Positions 8,829-18,549 of a stretch of 57,072 bases of DNA are shown here, piece after piece. The notes under the pieces are model-generated. The model was given only the letters and a program-made list of their open reading frames with translations. It had not been told where the DNA came from and did no database searches. This stretch comes from a virus (Duplodnaviria; Caudoviricetes). A program made the position numbers and the translations under genes. The DNA is taken from IMG/VR virus record IMGVR_UViG_3300049485_000050, positions 1 through 57,072 of that record; one strand, given 5' to 3'. Position 1 is the stretch's first letter. Every line of letters begins with the position of its first letter.

Positions 8829-10243
8829 TATACGCCCGGACTTGACGCTACCGAGTTTGCGCTAGGGTCAAGCGTAGATGTATCCATAGGTAAATCATTA
8901 AAACGAAATGCTTTATTGATTTTATCGGTAGGCGCCATCGGATCACCCTCTACTTTGCGCAACCCAACAAGACTCCCACCCGGAAAGCCTAGATAATCAC
9001 CAGGGGTTTGGTCGTTGAAAGACCCTGGCGATTTATCGATCAGCGTGGACCCGATATCGAAGCCAACCTTTTTAGGTCCGCCATTCACTGTCTTTAGGAC
9101 TTTCTCCTTAAAATCCTCGAAAGGCATAGCGCTCATTTTTCTAAAGAATCGCGCGTCCGAGTAATGGTCGAGGAAACCTTGTTTAGCCGTCTCGGCATTT
9201 TTAAAGCCAAGCATGCATTTCTCTTCGTCGATCTGTTTGAAGTCTGGAGGTTTATTCGTAGTAACTACGTAGACCGTATCCGCGTCTTCGTTGGGACCTA
9301 CAAAACAATCAACGTGATCGCCGTCTAGGCCTTCTGTCTTACGAATATACCCGTATGGATATTTCATCAATGTCTTGCCGTGGGTGTCGTTGTGTTTATC
9401 GTACCATTCGCGGTAGTTTCCTTTATCAGTCTCGATAGAAATATCGAGGCCTTGGAAAGTAGTACGCCCGTCGAGTTTTCTAGCTGATGTTTTCAAATAA
9501 GCCGACAGACCTGTCACGGCAGGAGATACGAGATATGTAGATTGGGGCTTCGTCAAAGTTTTGATGTATTGCGCTAATTCTTCTTCTGAAGCACCCGCTT
9601 GCTGTAGTAGTTTGTAGCCTTTGTAGTCCGCGACGCCTTCGCTTAACAAGGTAGGCGCAGCGAGGCCCAACGCGAGTACAAGAGACTTCAATGCGCGTTC
9701 GGTACCTTTGCTACCCATAAGAGGACCCGCTACTAAACCGATAAACGGTGCGATAGTATGTATACCGCGAGCTATTTGGCTTTGGGCAAGGCGACCCAGT
9801 GTGCTCTCATCGAATTGCGCGTGTCCAATTTCGTGGGCGAGAATGTGAATATTCGGATCATTATCGGAGATACCGATATGCATATTGTCACTATCGCCCT
9901 GATAATGTCCGTAGTATCCGCCGCCAGTCTCATTTGCATAAGCCGCCGAGTGTACAGGTACCGGGCTGAGCTTTTTTAAATCCTCAATCGTGACAGCGAC
10001 CTTGCTCTGCCACGCGCCTGTCGGTATTTGGCGTGTTTCGTTCCAACCATCGATCTGACGCTGCTTTTCGTTCTGGTTAAACGCATTGCTTACTTGCGCT
10101 TTGGGATTGTCCAGCGTACGAAAATGCGCACGCCCCTCGTCCCCATTAGACGATGAAATACGCGAATACAACGCATCACCCATTTGCGGCTCAGTCGCAA
10201 ACTTGTAACGCATCGGCATATTAACGTATTGCTGTAAGGTCAT
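8828..10243 (-). CDS. Modular protein: HExxH metallopeptidase-like domain plus inorganic-pyrophosphatase-like (InPase) domain
   Basis: ILAHEIGHA plus downstream LLSEGVAD with two hydrophobic helices; then GLDISIET...YGYIRKTEGLDGDHVDCFVGP...DEEKCMLGF, the signature of the phage InPase-like domain. Confidence 0.75.
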   Translation of the reverse strand: MTLQQYVNMPMRYKFATEPQMGDALYSRISSSNGDEGRAHFRTLDNPKAQVSNAFNQNEKQRQIDGWNETRQIPTGAWQSKVAVTIEDLKKLSPVPVHSAAYANETGGGYYGHYQGDSDNMHIGISDNDPNIHILAHEIGHAQFDESTLGRLAQSQIARGIHTIAPFIGLVAGPLMGSKGTERALKSLVLALGLAAPTLLSEGVADYKGYKLLQQAGASEEELAQYIKTLTKPQSTYLVSPAVTGLSAYLKTSARKLDGRTTFQGLDISIETDKGNYREWYDKHNDTHGKTLMKYPYGYIRKTEGLDGDHVDCFVGPNEDADTVYVVTTNKPPDFKQIDEEKCMLGFKNAETAKQGFLDHYSDARFFRKMSAMPFEDFKEKVLKTVNGGPKKVGFDIGSTLIDKSPGSFNDQTPGDYLGFPGGSLVGLRKVEGDPMAPTDKINKAFRFNDLPMDTSTLDPSANSVASSPGV

Positions 10244-10977
10244 ACACGGGGTGCAGTCGTGGTCATGTCAGGCATTTTGGGTGCCATGTTTACGGGATTA
10301 ACGGGAGCACCGCCAGCGACGGTCGGTACAGTCGATATACGCGAACCAACAGCGCCCACTGCGTTAGGCTGTTGCGCATGCACATTTGTGCGCGAGTTTC
10401 TAAAGGCATTTTGCGCAACTGAGTGTTGCGGGCTTAAACCCGTAGGAGGTTTAATAGTTGTAGCGGGTGTAGGGCGCATACCCATGGTGGTATTACCACC
10501 GGGGCGACCACCAAGCCTCGGCACACCGAAAGCATTACCTCCGGGTTTTGGCGCCGCAATACGCATTGCCGCAGCGGCTAGTTTTGGACCGTAAGGTTGG
10601 GTCGAGGCAGCTTCAGGCGCGTAGCTCTGATCGTACTGTTCATTTGCGGTGAATGCGTTTCGCATTGCATCGCTTAAACGCTTATCACGATCTGGCAAAT
10701 GTTGATTAGCGTCAGATCCGCCGATACCATAAGTGCCGATAGACGAACCGTAGCCAAGTTCAGAACCTGTCTTTGCCGGCGAAGGCATACCAATACCAGA
10801 TTCATTTCCGGTAACAGAAGGTTCGTCGTCAATAGACTTCCAGAAATCCTGCTTCTTATTTTCGACGCCAAGGTCGAAGTTCCTAGATTGGCTTGGTGCG
10901 TATGCAATAGGTCCGACGTCAGACGTCATTCCTATTTTCATGAGCGCGCGTAAGCGGCCGAATTCATAGTAACGCAT
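10240..10977 (-). CDS. Low-complexity probable internal head protein
   Basis: Starts MRYYEFGRLRALMKIG (shared motif); internal KTG and KLA sites; Pro/Gly-rich. Confidence 0.55.
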   Translation of the reverse strand: MRYYEFGRLRALMKIGMTSDVGPIAYAPSQSRNFDLGVENKKQDFWKSIDDEPSVTGNESGIGMPSPAKTGSELGYGSSIGTYGIGGSDANQHLPDRDKRLSDAMRNAFTANEQYDQSYAPEAASTQPYGPKLAAAAMRIAAPKPGGNAFGVPRLGGRPGGNTTMGMRPTPATTIKPPTGLSPQHSVAQNAFRNSRTNVHAQQPNAVGAVGSRISTVPTVAGGAPVNPVNMAPKMPDMTTTAPRV

Positions 10978-10985
10978 CGGTATCC

Positions 10986-11465
10986 TCAGGTGTGGTGGTA
11001 GCGACTAACGTTGACGTAGCCGGAGCTCAGATTACCGTACGCGCTCTCTAGGTTATTTTGAATCTTTACCTGTTGAACTAACTGTGACCATTCTGCATCG
11101 AGCACTTGCGCGAACTGAATGTACAACGGGTATTTATCATCAATGCCGATGGGCGCGACGTCGCCATCTTGGTAAGTAGCCTGATTACGCAGTTGCAAGA
11201 ACGCACAGCTTTTAATAAGGTACGCAGCAACGCCCAAAAGCAGCACGTACTGCATATGTGGAGGCCATGACTGCGCCAGCAAATTGGTCTGTGGCGTAAA
11301 CACGTTGTACCGGGACGTGACCATTTCGATACCTTGATTGATATCGTCGCTGGTGAATTCTACCGTGTCCAGCAAGATATTGTAATCAGGGCGATCGCGC
11401 ATAAAGCGACGTACTTGATCTACCGTGAGTATTACTGGAGTACTTGGCGTGGCAACGATGGGCAT
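10986..11465 (-). CDS. Probable head-tail adaptor
   Basis: 159 aa helical protein (VDQVRRFMRD...EFTSDDI...LLLGVAAYLI...QLRNQATYQDG) downstream of the capsid genes. Confidence 0.55.
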   Translation of the reverse strand: MPIVATPSTPVILTVDQVRRFMRDRPDYNILLDTVEFTSDDINQGIEMVTSRYNVFTPQTNLLAQSWPPHMQYVLLLGVAAYLIKSCAFLQLRNQATYQDGDVAPIGIDDKYPLYIQFAQVLDAEWSQLVQQVKIQNNLESAYGNLSSGYVNVSRYHHT

Positions 11466-11471
11466 ACAACC

Positions 11472-12032
11472 TCACACGGTGATTTCGACAGTATCGGGTC
11501 CGTACTCATTAATCTTGTTGAGAACTATGGTGTAGGTCTCACCGGGTTCCACGAATACCGGCGTAAGCCACGTGCCTGTCGCTGTGGTGATTGTAGTCCC
11601 TACAGCTTTAGACAGATTACGGAGATCATAATCAATTTTCTTGTATACGCGTATCGACGCGCTAGCTACGGGGGTGCCGCCGGTAGTTACGTACTGCAGA
11701 TTGTTGGTGCCGCCAGTATTTTCATTTAATGCTACGTAGTAAAAAGTCGGCACTTCTACAGGATCGTTACCTGCTTTGAAAGGCGTAGGGGCTTCATCAA
11801 TGGCCGTATTCCCGTATCGGTCGAGAACGCGTATACGATAGTAACGGTAGATTATTTCTTGATCATCGTAGAAGAAATAGCCTGCGCTATTCCAATTGGT
11901 GCTTGGGATCTGGTGCAGCACTTGCGCACGTGTTGCGTAGGGGCCGTCCCGCCCTATATCGCTGTACAATATTTCGTAGGCGATGATATTCGGCGAGTTT
12001 GCTGGGAGCCATTTAATCTGCTGAGTGGCCAT
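11472..12032 (-). CDS. Putative Ig/Fn3-like virion structural protein
   Basis: Beta-rich; IKW...AYEILYS...YYRIRVLDRYGN Fn3-like; C-terminal V.PGETYTIV pattern. Confidence 0.45.
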   Translation of the reverse strand: MATQQIKWLPANSPNIIAYEILYSDIGRDGPYATRAQVLHQIPSTNWNSAGYFFYDDQEIIYRYYRIRVLDRYGNTAIDEAPTPFKAGNDPVEVPTFYYVALNENTGGTNNLQYVTTGGTPVASASIRVYKKIDYDLRNLSKAVGTTITTATGTWLTPVFVEPGETYTIVLNKINEYGPDTVEITV

Positions 12033-12038
12033 ATAATG

Positions 12039-12070
12039 AAAAAAGCGCGCAACATCTAAGATGTGCGCGC
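12039..12070 (-). terminator. Rho-independent terminator after the capsid operon
   Basis: Minus strand GCGCGCACATC-TTA-GATGTTGCGCGC followed by TTTTTT. Confidence 0.8.
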
Positions 12071-12096
12071 CCCTCCGTCCTAAAGGTTAAAGTGCG

Positions 12097-12516
12097 TTAG
12101 CGGCGTCGGCGCTTGACTTCGAAACCCTTACCTTCATCAGTGTCTTTCGGAGAAGTATCTTCCACGGACACGGAGCTTGCATCTGCGTCAGGCAAAGATT
12201 CAGGTACGGCATCTGGCGTAGTTTCGACAACTGGCGCAATGGGTGTTTCCACTACTGCGATAGTTTCTTCGACTTTAACCGTCTCGGCAATTTCTACAGT
12301 AGGCGCGGCAGACACTGTGACTGCACCGGCTGCATCTACTTCGATAAGTAGAAGCTGTGCTAGATACGTTTGAATGATTTGATGATTAAAGACATCAGCA
12401 TTCACACAACGTCTCTGTAGCGCACCTTTGAAAATCAAAGGCTGTCCGCCATAGTCCTTGAGTTGTGGAACCTCAAGAACACACGCACGGTTCATTTGTA
12501 GCCAGTGTAGTGTCAT
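12097..12516 (-). CDS. Hypothetical protein with acidic low-complexity tail
   Basis: ORF directly follows the capsid gene on the same strand; ends KRRRR. Confidence 0.6.
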   Translation of the reverse strand: MTLHWLQMNRACVLEVPQLKDYGGQPLIFKGALQRRCVNADVFNHQIIQTYLAQLLLIEVDAAGAVTVSAAPTVEIAETVKVEETIAVVETPIAPVVETTPDAVPESLPDADASSVSVEDTSPKDTDEGKGFEVKRRRR

Positions 12517-12522
12517 TTAGAC

Positions 12523-13452
12523 TCAGGGAATGTCGACGCGGCACATCGCAGCCGTATTGCCGATGCCGATGCCGGGAGCCGCGTAGCTATGGAAGAAGAT
12601 CATATCCGCTTCCTGCTTGATGAACAAGGTGGCATCCTGCAAGAGGAAGAAGTTTCCGAGGAAGTTCTCAGGTGCAAACATGAAGATCGAGTGCGTTCCG
12701 CCACCCTGCGCGGTGAGAATATCCGTTTTGATCGTGGTTACGACCGGAATTCCGTAGAGGCGCTCTTCTTTCTCGATGCCGTCGCGGTAATGCGCCGAGG
12801 CAATGTCATTGCCAACATCGGTTGCCGGCAAGTCGAGAGCTTCGTAGTAGGTGCTCTTGGTCATGAGCACCTTGCCGATGGGCAAGCGCCGACTCACGAG
12901 GTTCTGGAAACCACCCTTGAACGCACTGGAGTTGAAACCCGTTGCGGCAACAACCTGCGCGGGTGCCGCTGCAAGAATCGAATTGACGGTGCCCAGGAAC
13001 TTGGTGTCTTCCTGATCTGCCATGTCCTTAACGGAGTTATCCGAAAGGATCTTTCGGATATCGTTCTGGTAGGTCATGAGCTCGAACTTGCTCTTGCGGA
13101 AGCGAGCCGACTCAGTCTTACCGAAGCGCACTGCGTAACGGGGGCCGCGGAAAAGCGTACGCGTGCCGGTACCGTAGAAGGGCACGAACGTCGCAACAGA
13201 GTCAGGCTCCTTCTCGACGATCTTCTTCGGCTGATCAGTATCCTCATCACGGTCGATCTCATCGTCCGCAAGGAGAATTGGCGGCAACACTTCGCGCACG
13301 AACGCCTCTTGGCGCATCTTGGTGCGGATGAAGGCAGAGCCTTCCTCTGTTGCCTCTTTAACGCGGCCCTGTTCCAGCTTGCGAACGAAGTTCGAGTTAA
13401 TGAACTGTGCGGAGACCTTTTCTGTCTCTGTACGATATGATGCGTTAGCCAT
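12523..13452 (-). CDS. Probable major capsid protein
   Basis: 309 aa at the end of a protease-scaffold-decoration run; strong GGAG RBS; codon usage looks biased; HK97-like layout (IRTKMRQEAFVREVLPP...DMADQEDTKFL...LYGIPVVTT...GIGIGN). Confidence 0.7.
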   Translation of the reverse strand: MANASYRTETEKVSAQFINSNFVRKLEQGRVKEATEEGSAFIRTKMRQEAFVREVLPPILLADDEIDRDEDTDQPKKIVEKEPDSVATFVPFYGTGTRTLFRGPRYAVRFGKTESARFRKSKFELMTYQNDIRKILSDNSVKDMADQEDTKFLGTVNSILAAAPAQVVAATGFNSSAFKGGFQNLVSRRLPIGKVLMTKSTYYEALDLPATDVGNDIASAHYRDGIEKEERLYGIPVVTTIKTDILTAQGGGTHSIFMFAPENFLGNFFLLQDATLFIKQEADMIFFHSYAAPGIGIGNTAAMCRVDIP

Positions 13453-13493
13453 TTATTTGCTCCGTGTCCGTACTTAGCGGCCGAGGTTAAAGC

Positions 13494-13961
13494 TTAGAGG
13501 TCCATCTCAACAACAATGGTACCGTCAGTTGCCACGTTGTTGGCCAAGACCGTACCGATTTGGTGCGTCGTTGCCGTTGCGCCGTGGTCGCTCAACAGGC
13601 CGTTGCTGTACGTGACTTTCCCGTTGATGGGGAAAGACTGCGCGGTATTGAGCTTGTCGGTTTTCACCGTAAGCTTGCCGCGGAGACAAACGACCTTCTC
13701 AACGAAGATTGTCGACGTATCCACGCCGTTACCTTCAAGCACCACGTAAACAAGCGTGGGGTTGGCGGTACCTAACGTTACGTTGGCAGGAGACGAGGCG
13801 ACGTTCACTTCGCCGCTCGTATTCATGCTGACGATGTAGCCGGGAAGGAGCGTGACGGGCACACCCATAACCTTGACCGGGGGAAGAGACTGGTCGATGC
13901 CTGCATCGCCGCCCGGTTCCCAACCGCGAAGAACGTCAAACTTATCATTGAGACTTGCCAT
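13494..13961 (-). CDS. Probable head decoration/cement protein
   Basis: 155 aa beta-rich protein immediately upstream of the capsid gene; GAGGAG RBS. Confidence 0.5.
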   Translation of the reverse strand: MASLNDKFDVLRGWEPGGDAGIDQSLPPVKVMGVPVTLLPGYIVSMNTSGEVNVASSPANVTLGTANPTLVYVVLEGNGVDTSTIFVEKVVCLRGKLTVKTDKLNTAQSFPINGKVTYSNGLLSDHGATATTHQIGTVLANNVATDGTIVVEMDL

Positions 13962-13979
13962 CGAAATTCTCCTCAGCCT

Positions 13980-14342
13980 TTAGTCGTTTACGATCCAATC
14001 AAGGAAACGTTTCTCAGAATGATCGGCCGCTTCCTTGATGGTGCGCGGGGCCGGGTCACTATCCAAGTCTGCCGACCGCCCAAGGGCAACAGGAGACTCG
14101 TTATTATTTTTGGCAACCTTGAGTAAATGATCAAGGGCATTCGCATCTAGACCCGCTAATTTATTTCGCAGGTCATCCGGAATGCTCTCACCCGTAGACG
14201 CTTCATAGCGCTCGGCGAGCTTTGCAACACGCACATCGCGTTCGGCACGGACGTTCGCAGTCTTCTTGAGCTCGACCTCATCAATGTAGTCTGCAACCGC
14301 AAACAACATATCAGCGAGCTTAGCGCTACTCAGCTTTTTCAC
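13980..14342 (-). CDS. Scaffold-like head protein
   Basis: Helical; six K-x-A motifs; C-terminal RFLDWIV; located in the head operon. Confidence 0.5.
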   Translation of the reverse strand: MKKLSSAKLADMLFAVADYIDEVELKKTANVRAERDVRVAKLAERYEASTGESIPDDLRNKLAGLDANALDHLLKVAKNNNESPVALGRSADLDSDPAPRTIKEAADHSEKRFLDWIVND

Positions 14343-15031
14343 TTTGACCCTCCAGTGAGGTGCTTAAGGGCAGTTGCCGCATGGAGCATATTAGCGGCCT
14401 TTAGCATGCGAATTTGCTTAAAGCGCTTATCGTTGTCGCGAATATACGCTGCAATTTTTCGAATTTCGGAAGCAGTCTTGCCAGCAAAGCTAGGCGGGGC
14501 TTTCGATTCGCCCTTATCAGAGTCGGAATCGTCGTCATCTTCGTCAGAGTCTTTGGGCTTAGTAGGTACAGGCCCATCACCGTCGCCATCAGTGTCGCCG
14601 TCCGCGTCTCCATCATTATCTGGATCTTGCGGATTAATGCCTGGAGGCATCGCGCCCATTGACGGGTCACCGCCCATCGGAGCAGCTTGCATAGACGGGT
14701 CCATGTCCATGCCGGGGTCCATGCCCGCACCGTCATCGCCGGTAACGTCTTGTTCAGCAAGAAGTTGTTGCAGCAATTCAGGATTATTTTGGAGTTCTTC
14801 CAATAATTGCTGGACTTCTTGGTCTTGCATCAATGCCTCAAGATCGTCATCAGAGACATCATCTTGATCTGGCATTTGCTGCAAGTCTTCGGCGAATTTA
14901 CGCAATTCGCGCGCTGCCGCAGAGGTTCTAACCTTCGGCGACTTCGCGGCAGCAGTCTTTGTCACGGATGCGGTTTTCACCGACGCCATGACTTGGTCTG
15001 CTAATTCGCCGATGTCTACGTACCGGCTCAT
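14339..15031 (-). CDS. Acidic scaffold-like head protein
   Basis: D/M/P-rich centre flanked by KTAS/KTAA...GKTAS/RKIAA. Confidence 0.55.
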   Translation of the reverse strand: MSRYVDIGELADQVMASVKTASVTKTAAAKSPKVRTSAAARELRKFAEDLQQMPDQDDVSDDDLEALMQDQEVQQLLEELQNNPELLQQLLAEQDVTGDDGAGMDPGMDMDPSMQAAPMGGDPSMGAMPPGINPQDPDNDGDADGDTDGDGDGPVPTKPKDSDEDDDDSDSDKGESKAPPSFAGKTASEIRKIAAYIRDNDKRFKQIRMLKAANMLHAATALKHLTGGSK

Positions 15032-15570
15032 TGTGCCGTACGCGCCTGTTGGATAATGGCGCTAGCCGTTTGCTGTCCGATGTAATGGACGTCGGCTGCA
15101 ATCTTATGCACTTCTTTAAGCTGGTCGTTGTAGCCAGCTTCGTACTCTGCGGCGGCATTCTTCTCCATGTCTTGCACAGCCTGCGCGTACGCCGCTTGTG
15201 CTACTTTCTGGAGTTGGGCGGGGTCTGCACCGACCGCAGCTACTTTGATTTCGCCGAGCGCCGCATCGTATTGAGCGAAGCGTTCCATAAACCCGTCAGC
15301 CAGTGCTGCACCCAGGTGTTGCGCTTGCTTGATGAGTTGTGATTCCTCGGCTTGCTGCGCTTCAGCAGCCATTTTCTCCAGTGACGCCTTTGGCGTAGGA
15401 GCAGCTGCAGCAGTCTTTACCGAATTGGTCACAGCGCGGACAGTAGAGAGCATGCGCGCGGAGGCGTCGGGCTCAGGTGTACTCGGCGCGGACGCAGTCT
15501 TCTCCGTGATGCCGGCGTCAGCGGCAGACATACGGGATAAAATTCGCGCGAAAGCATTCTCTTCAGCCAT
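15028..15570 (-). CDS. Ala-rich scaffold-like head protein
   Basis: Start likely ATG 15570 (MAEENAF) after GAGGG; eight K-x-A motifs. Confidence 0.55.
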   Translation of the reverse strand: MAEENAFARILSRMSAADAGITEKTASAPSTPEPDASARMLSTVRAVTNSVKTAAAAPTPKASLEKMAAEAQQAEESQLIKQAQHLGAALADGFMERFAQYDAALGEIKVAAVGADPAQLQKVAQAAYAQAVQDMEKNAAAEYEAGYNDQLKEVHKIAADVHYIGQQTASAIIQQARTAQ

Positions 15571-15597
15571 TGGTTCCCTCACAGGGTTTCAGGTTTA

Positions 15598-15626
15598 ATC
15601 TTAGTGGTGTATCTGGGCCAATACAA
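15598..15626 (-). promoter_or_regulatory. sigma70-type promoter for the scaffold/capsid operon
   Basis: Minus strand TTGTAT-17 nt-TAAGAT in the intergenic gap. Confidence 0.55.
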
Positions 15627-15629
15627 GCT

Positions 15630-17495
15630 TTATTCGGAGCGCCTTAATATCGAATCTCCGAGAGCTTGAGTCACTGTATCGAAGTCTAGTGTAGGCCCGA
15701 GGTAAGGGCTCAGCTCATCCTGCACTTCAGCACGCTTTAGCTGCTGCATAAAGCTCGAAATATACGCGGCGTTTAACTTCGTAGGACGTTCACTAGCACG
15801 CTTTACTACGTATGCGAACGCGGTATTTGCGGCAGAACCCATCTTCTGTACAGGAGCCATCTCGGTCCAACCTGAAATAGTCTCACCTTGATCTGTTACA
15901 ATTTTAGGTCCGGCGATTGGTGTTGGACCTGTAAGCTTTTTAGCTCCGAGTAAACCCAGACCTGCTCCGACAGCTCCCGTAGCAAGACGCATAGGTCTCG
16001 GCACTCGCGAACTGTTACGTGTAGCGTATGCTGCACCGCCCAAGAGAGCACCGCTGCCTAGCAATGCGCCGCTTGTAAGCGCTTTGTCCTTGAGCCCGCG
16101 ATTGATTAACTGGTCATGCGTCTTTTGGACAGTGCCGTAGTTTGTGCTGTACTGTCCGCCGGTATTTGGGTCAGTCCAAGATAATGTATCGGTCAACGGG
16201 CGTTCAGAGTGGAACGTCGCATGTCCGGGCATTTGCCGTTGTAGATAATCCGTAGTTGGCGACGTGGCAAAGCCGAGTTTAGTGTATAAATCGGCATTGA
16301 ATATAGGCGCGTCTAACCCAGCTTCTTTGACTATGGTGTCGTAGAAACGCGGGTAGCGCTGAAACATCTCGTATATAAGGCCGAGATGGTCATTCGCCGA
16401 TTTCAATACTTTATCAGGGACGCCTGTTTTCGTCTCAGGCGCCAACTTGCTGATAAAATACTGCATGATCTCTTTAATACCCAACGGAAAGTCTAGCGGG
16501 TCTGCAGTACCAGCTACTTCCGATGGTTTGTAATTGATCATGATGCTTACAGACGCGGTGTCCGTAGGCTTATCTGAATCACGCTGTTTGGTCTTTAGAT
16601 ATTTCTCTACAAGCGAAGCGTCGTTTTTGTCTAAATTAGACACGGACAACGCAGGTTCACCCTGCAATATCTTTTCAATATCCGCAGCCTTACCGAGGTC
16701 TGCAGCTTTTTGCTGGAGATCAGTAACCAATTCGCCAAGCGCGTAGCCGCCGAGCTTGAGTTCGTAAGGGTGCTCTTTAGCAACCTTTTTCATCATGTAG
16801 CCGGTACGGTCAGCAGGGCGGAGAACCCACGAACTGTCAAAGAAATCACAGCTAGGATTAAGGGCAGAATTTACTACACCTGAATGCGGGTCTATTTTAG
16901 ACATCGCATATTTTAGATGTTCGCAATAACTTGCCCTGGTTTTGGCGCGATTACCGCAGTTATTGCAGACGTCGTAGGGAATGCGAGTTCCCATCGACTT
17001 CGCGCCGTATTCTCCGTTGGCAATCTTCTCTAACAAGTGCGGCGCTTTTGAATTGTCGAAATCTTCTACTAATTCAACGCGGTGCATTATGGGATTCCAA
17101 AATGCCTTCTTAACCCTACCGATAGCCTTCGCGGGATCACTGTTTACGTGATGCTCAAACACGTGAGCTTTTTCATAACTCTTGTAATGTTTGGTAAGCA
17201 CCTCGTCCGGTTCAATCTTACCTTTTACAGGCTTAGATGGAAAACCGTCACCGTTACGGTTTGCGCCGTAGGTCTCGTTGTCTCCAAGACCGATTACAAG
17301 TACAATAGTCTTACCCGGCTCGGGGGCTACATTTTTAATGTAATCCAGCGCGGGACTGTGCGTACTAGCAATTTTATGTAGTGACGTTGCTTCCTTTAAT
17401 AATCGTCCATTACGACCCCACGAAGACACCAATTGTACTGTTGGTTCTCCGGTGGCAAAGTTGTCGTCTAGAAGGATTATCTTGGAAGACATCAC
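15630..17495 (-). CDS. Prohead maturation protease (HK97/assemblin-like) with long C-terminal extension
   Basis: NRNGDGF, VFEHH (His), KSMG (Ser), CxxC...CEH zinc insert and FFDSSWVLRPAD; upstream of scaffold and capsid genes. Confidence 0.75.
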   Translation of the reverse strand: MMSSKIILLDDNFATGEPTVQLVSSWGRNGRLLKEATSLHKIASTHSPALDYIKNVAPEPGKTIVLVIGLGDNETYGANRNGDGFPSKPVKGKIEPDEVLTKHYKSYEKAHVFEHHVNSDPAKAIGRVKKAFWNPIMHRVELVEDFDNSKAPHLLEKIANGEYGAKSMGTRIPYDVCNNCGNRAKTRASYCEHLKYAMSKIDPHSGVVNSALNPSCDFFDSSWVLRPADRTGYMMKKVAKEHPYELKLGGYALGELVTDLQQKAADLGKAADIEKILQGEPALSVSNLDKNDASLVEKYLKTKQRDSDKPTDTASVSIMINYKPSEVAGTADPLDFPLGIKEIMQYFISKLAPETKTGVPDKVLKSANDHLGLIYEMFQRYPRFYDTIVKEAGLDAPIFNADLYTKLGFATSPTTDYLQRQMPGHATFHSERPLTDTLSWTDPNTGGQYSTNYGTVQKTHDQLINRGLKDKALTSGALLGSGALLGGAAYATRNSSRVPRPMRLATGAVGAGLGLLGAKKLTGPTPIAGPKIVTDQGETISGWTEMAPVQKMGSAANTAFAYVVKRASERPTKLNAAYISSFMQQLKRAEVQDELSPYLGPTLDFDTVTQALGDSILRRSE

Positions 17496-17980
17496 GGCCC
17501 TGTAGGCAGCCGGCCCATGGCCGGTAATTCAGGAATAGTGCTAGGGCTAAACGTATTTACTGCTTCGTCAACACCGCTAAACATGCCAGGACGCCCACGG
17601 TTCATGGCACCGCCGAGTTGACGCCCTGCCATGTTTTGGTCGGGCAGCTGCATTTGCTTGAGCAGTCCTAGAAGTGCTTGGGTTCGCGCCGGATTAGGCT
17701 TTGCAGCGGTAGGCATCGGCAGAATACTTGCCTGCTTATGCGGAGCCATCGCACCTAAGCCCTCGGCAATTTTCTTAAACTTGTAGTGGGTAGACAGCAG
17801 TTGCCGTCCCAGAGACTGGCTCGCGGTCTTAACGTCTAGAACAGGCAAACCGTACATGGTTGCAGTTGCCCTGTGTAGACCTGCAATTTTAACCTTGTCC
17901 ATAACGTGGATAAGACGCCGATTAATCGGCAAATCCGCAGTGGCGAGTTTTTGCATTAGTGCGTCGTAATTCATGGTCAA
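17492..17980 (-). CDS. Hypothetical virion-associated protein
   Basis: Translationally coupled in the head operon; KLA, KIA, KTAS, KIA and KQAS motifs. Confidence 0.55.
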   Translation of the reverse strand: MTMNYDALMQKLATADLPINRRLIHVMDKVKIAGLHRATATMYGLPVLDVKTASQSLGRQLLSTHYKFKKIAEGLGAMAPHKQASILPMPTAAKPNPARTQALLGLLKQMQLPDQNMAGRQLGGAMNRGRPGMFSGVDEAVNTFSPSTIPELPAMGRLPTGP

Positions 17981-18549
17981 CCCATTCCGCCAGCGCGAGA
18001 TACAGACTGTTCCGCGTCAGCTAGTGTTTTTAGCGTGGCGTAACTCGGACCTGCGCCGTACAGAGCAGACTCACGCAGGAAGGCGCGGGTGGCATTCGGG
18101 TCTGCTGCTAGATGCGGCGCGAAACGCTTCATTGTCTGGTAGCTGGAGTTAACAAGCTCAGGGTCGGCTTTAGCAAGTATTGGATCTTCACCTAGAGATG
18201 AAAATACTTGATCATGCATAGGCGCCAAGCCCTTAAGAGCATTCGTACGGAACTTCTGTTCGCCAGACAATTGACCCATTTGCTTGCGTTCGGCTTCGAG
18301 GCGGTCGGACGTCTGGTCGAAGCTGTCTAAAGCTTTACCAACACCCCATGCACCGGCACCAAGTGCGCCGGCACTCGCCACGTTTTTAGCAACGTCAGGC
18401 AGAATATTAGACCACGGGCTAGGGGCCGCATTAGCGGCAGCCCCTAGCGCGCTAGCTTGCTTGAACAACGTTCTTGGAATTAGCTTGAATGCGGCGCGCT
18501 TGGTGGGCGACGCTGCAATCTTTGCGACAGTCTCGTCAAATCGGCTCAT
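17977..18549 (-). CDS. Hypothetical virion-associated protein with one Gly-rich hydrophobic helix
   Basis: Coupled ORF; KIAA and KQAS motifs; AGALGAGAWGVG segment. Confidence 0.55.
   Translation of the reverse strand: MSRFDETVAKIAASPTKRAAFKLIPRTLFKQASALGAAANAAPSPWSNILPDVAKNVASAGALGAGAWGVGKALDSFDQTSDRLEAERKQMGQLSGEQKFRTNALKGLAPMHDQVFSSLGEDPILAKADPELVNSSYQTMKRFAPHLAADPNATRAFLRESALYGAGPSYATLKTLADAEQSVSRAGGMG

Noticed and set aside
12589-13440. 283-aa plus-strand ORF
   Set aside because: Antisense shadow of the codon-biased capsid gene; no recognisable domain, unlike the nested ORF in the intein.
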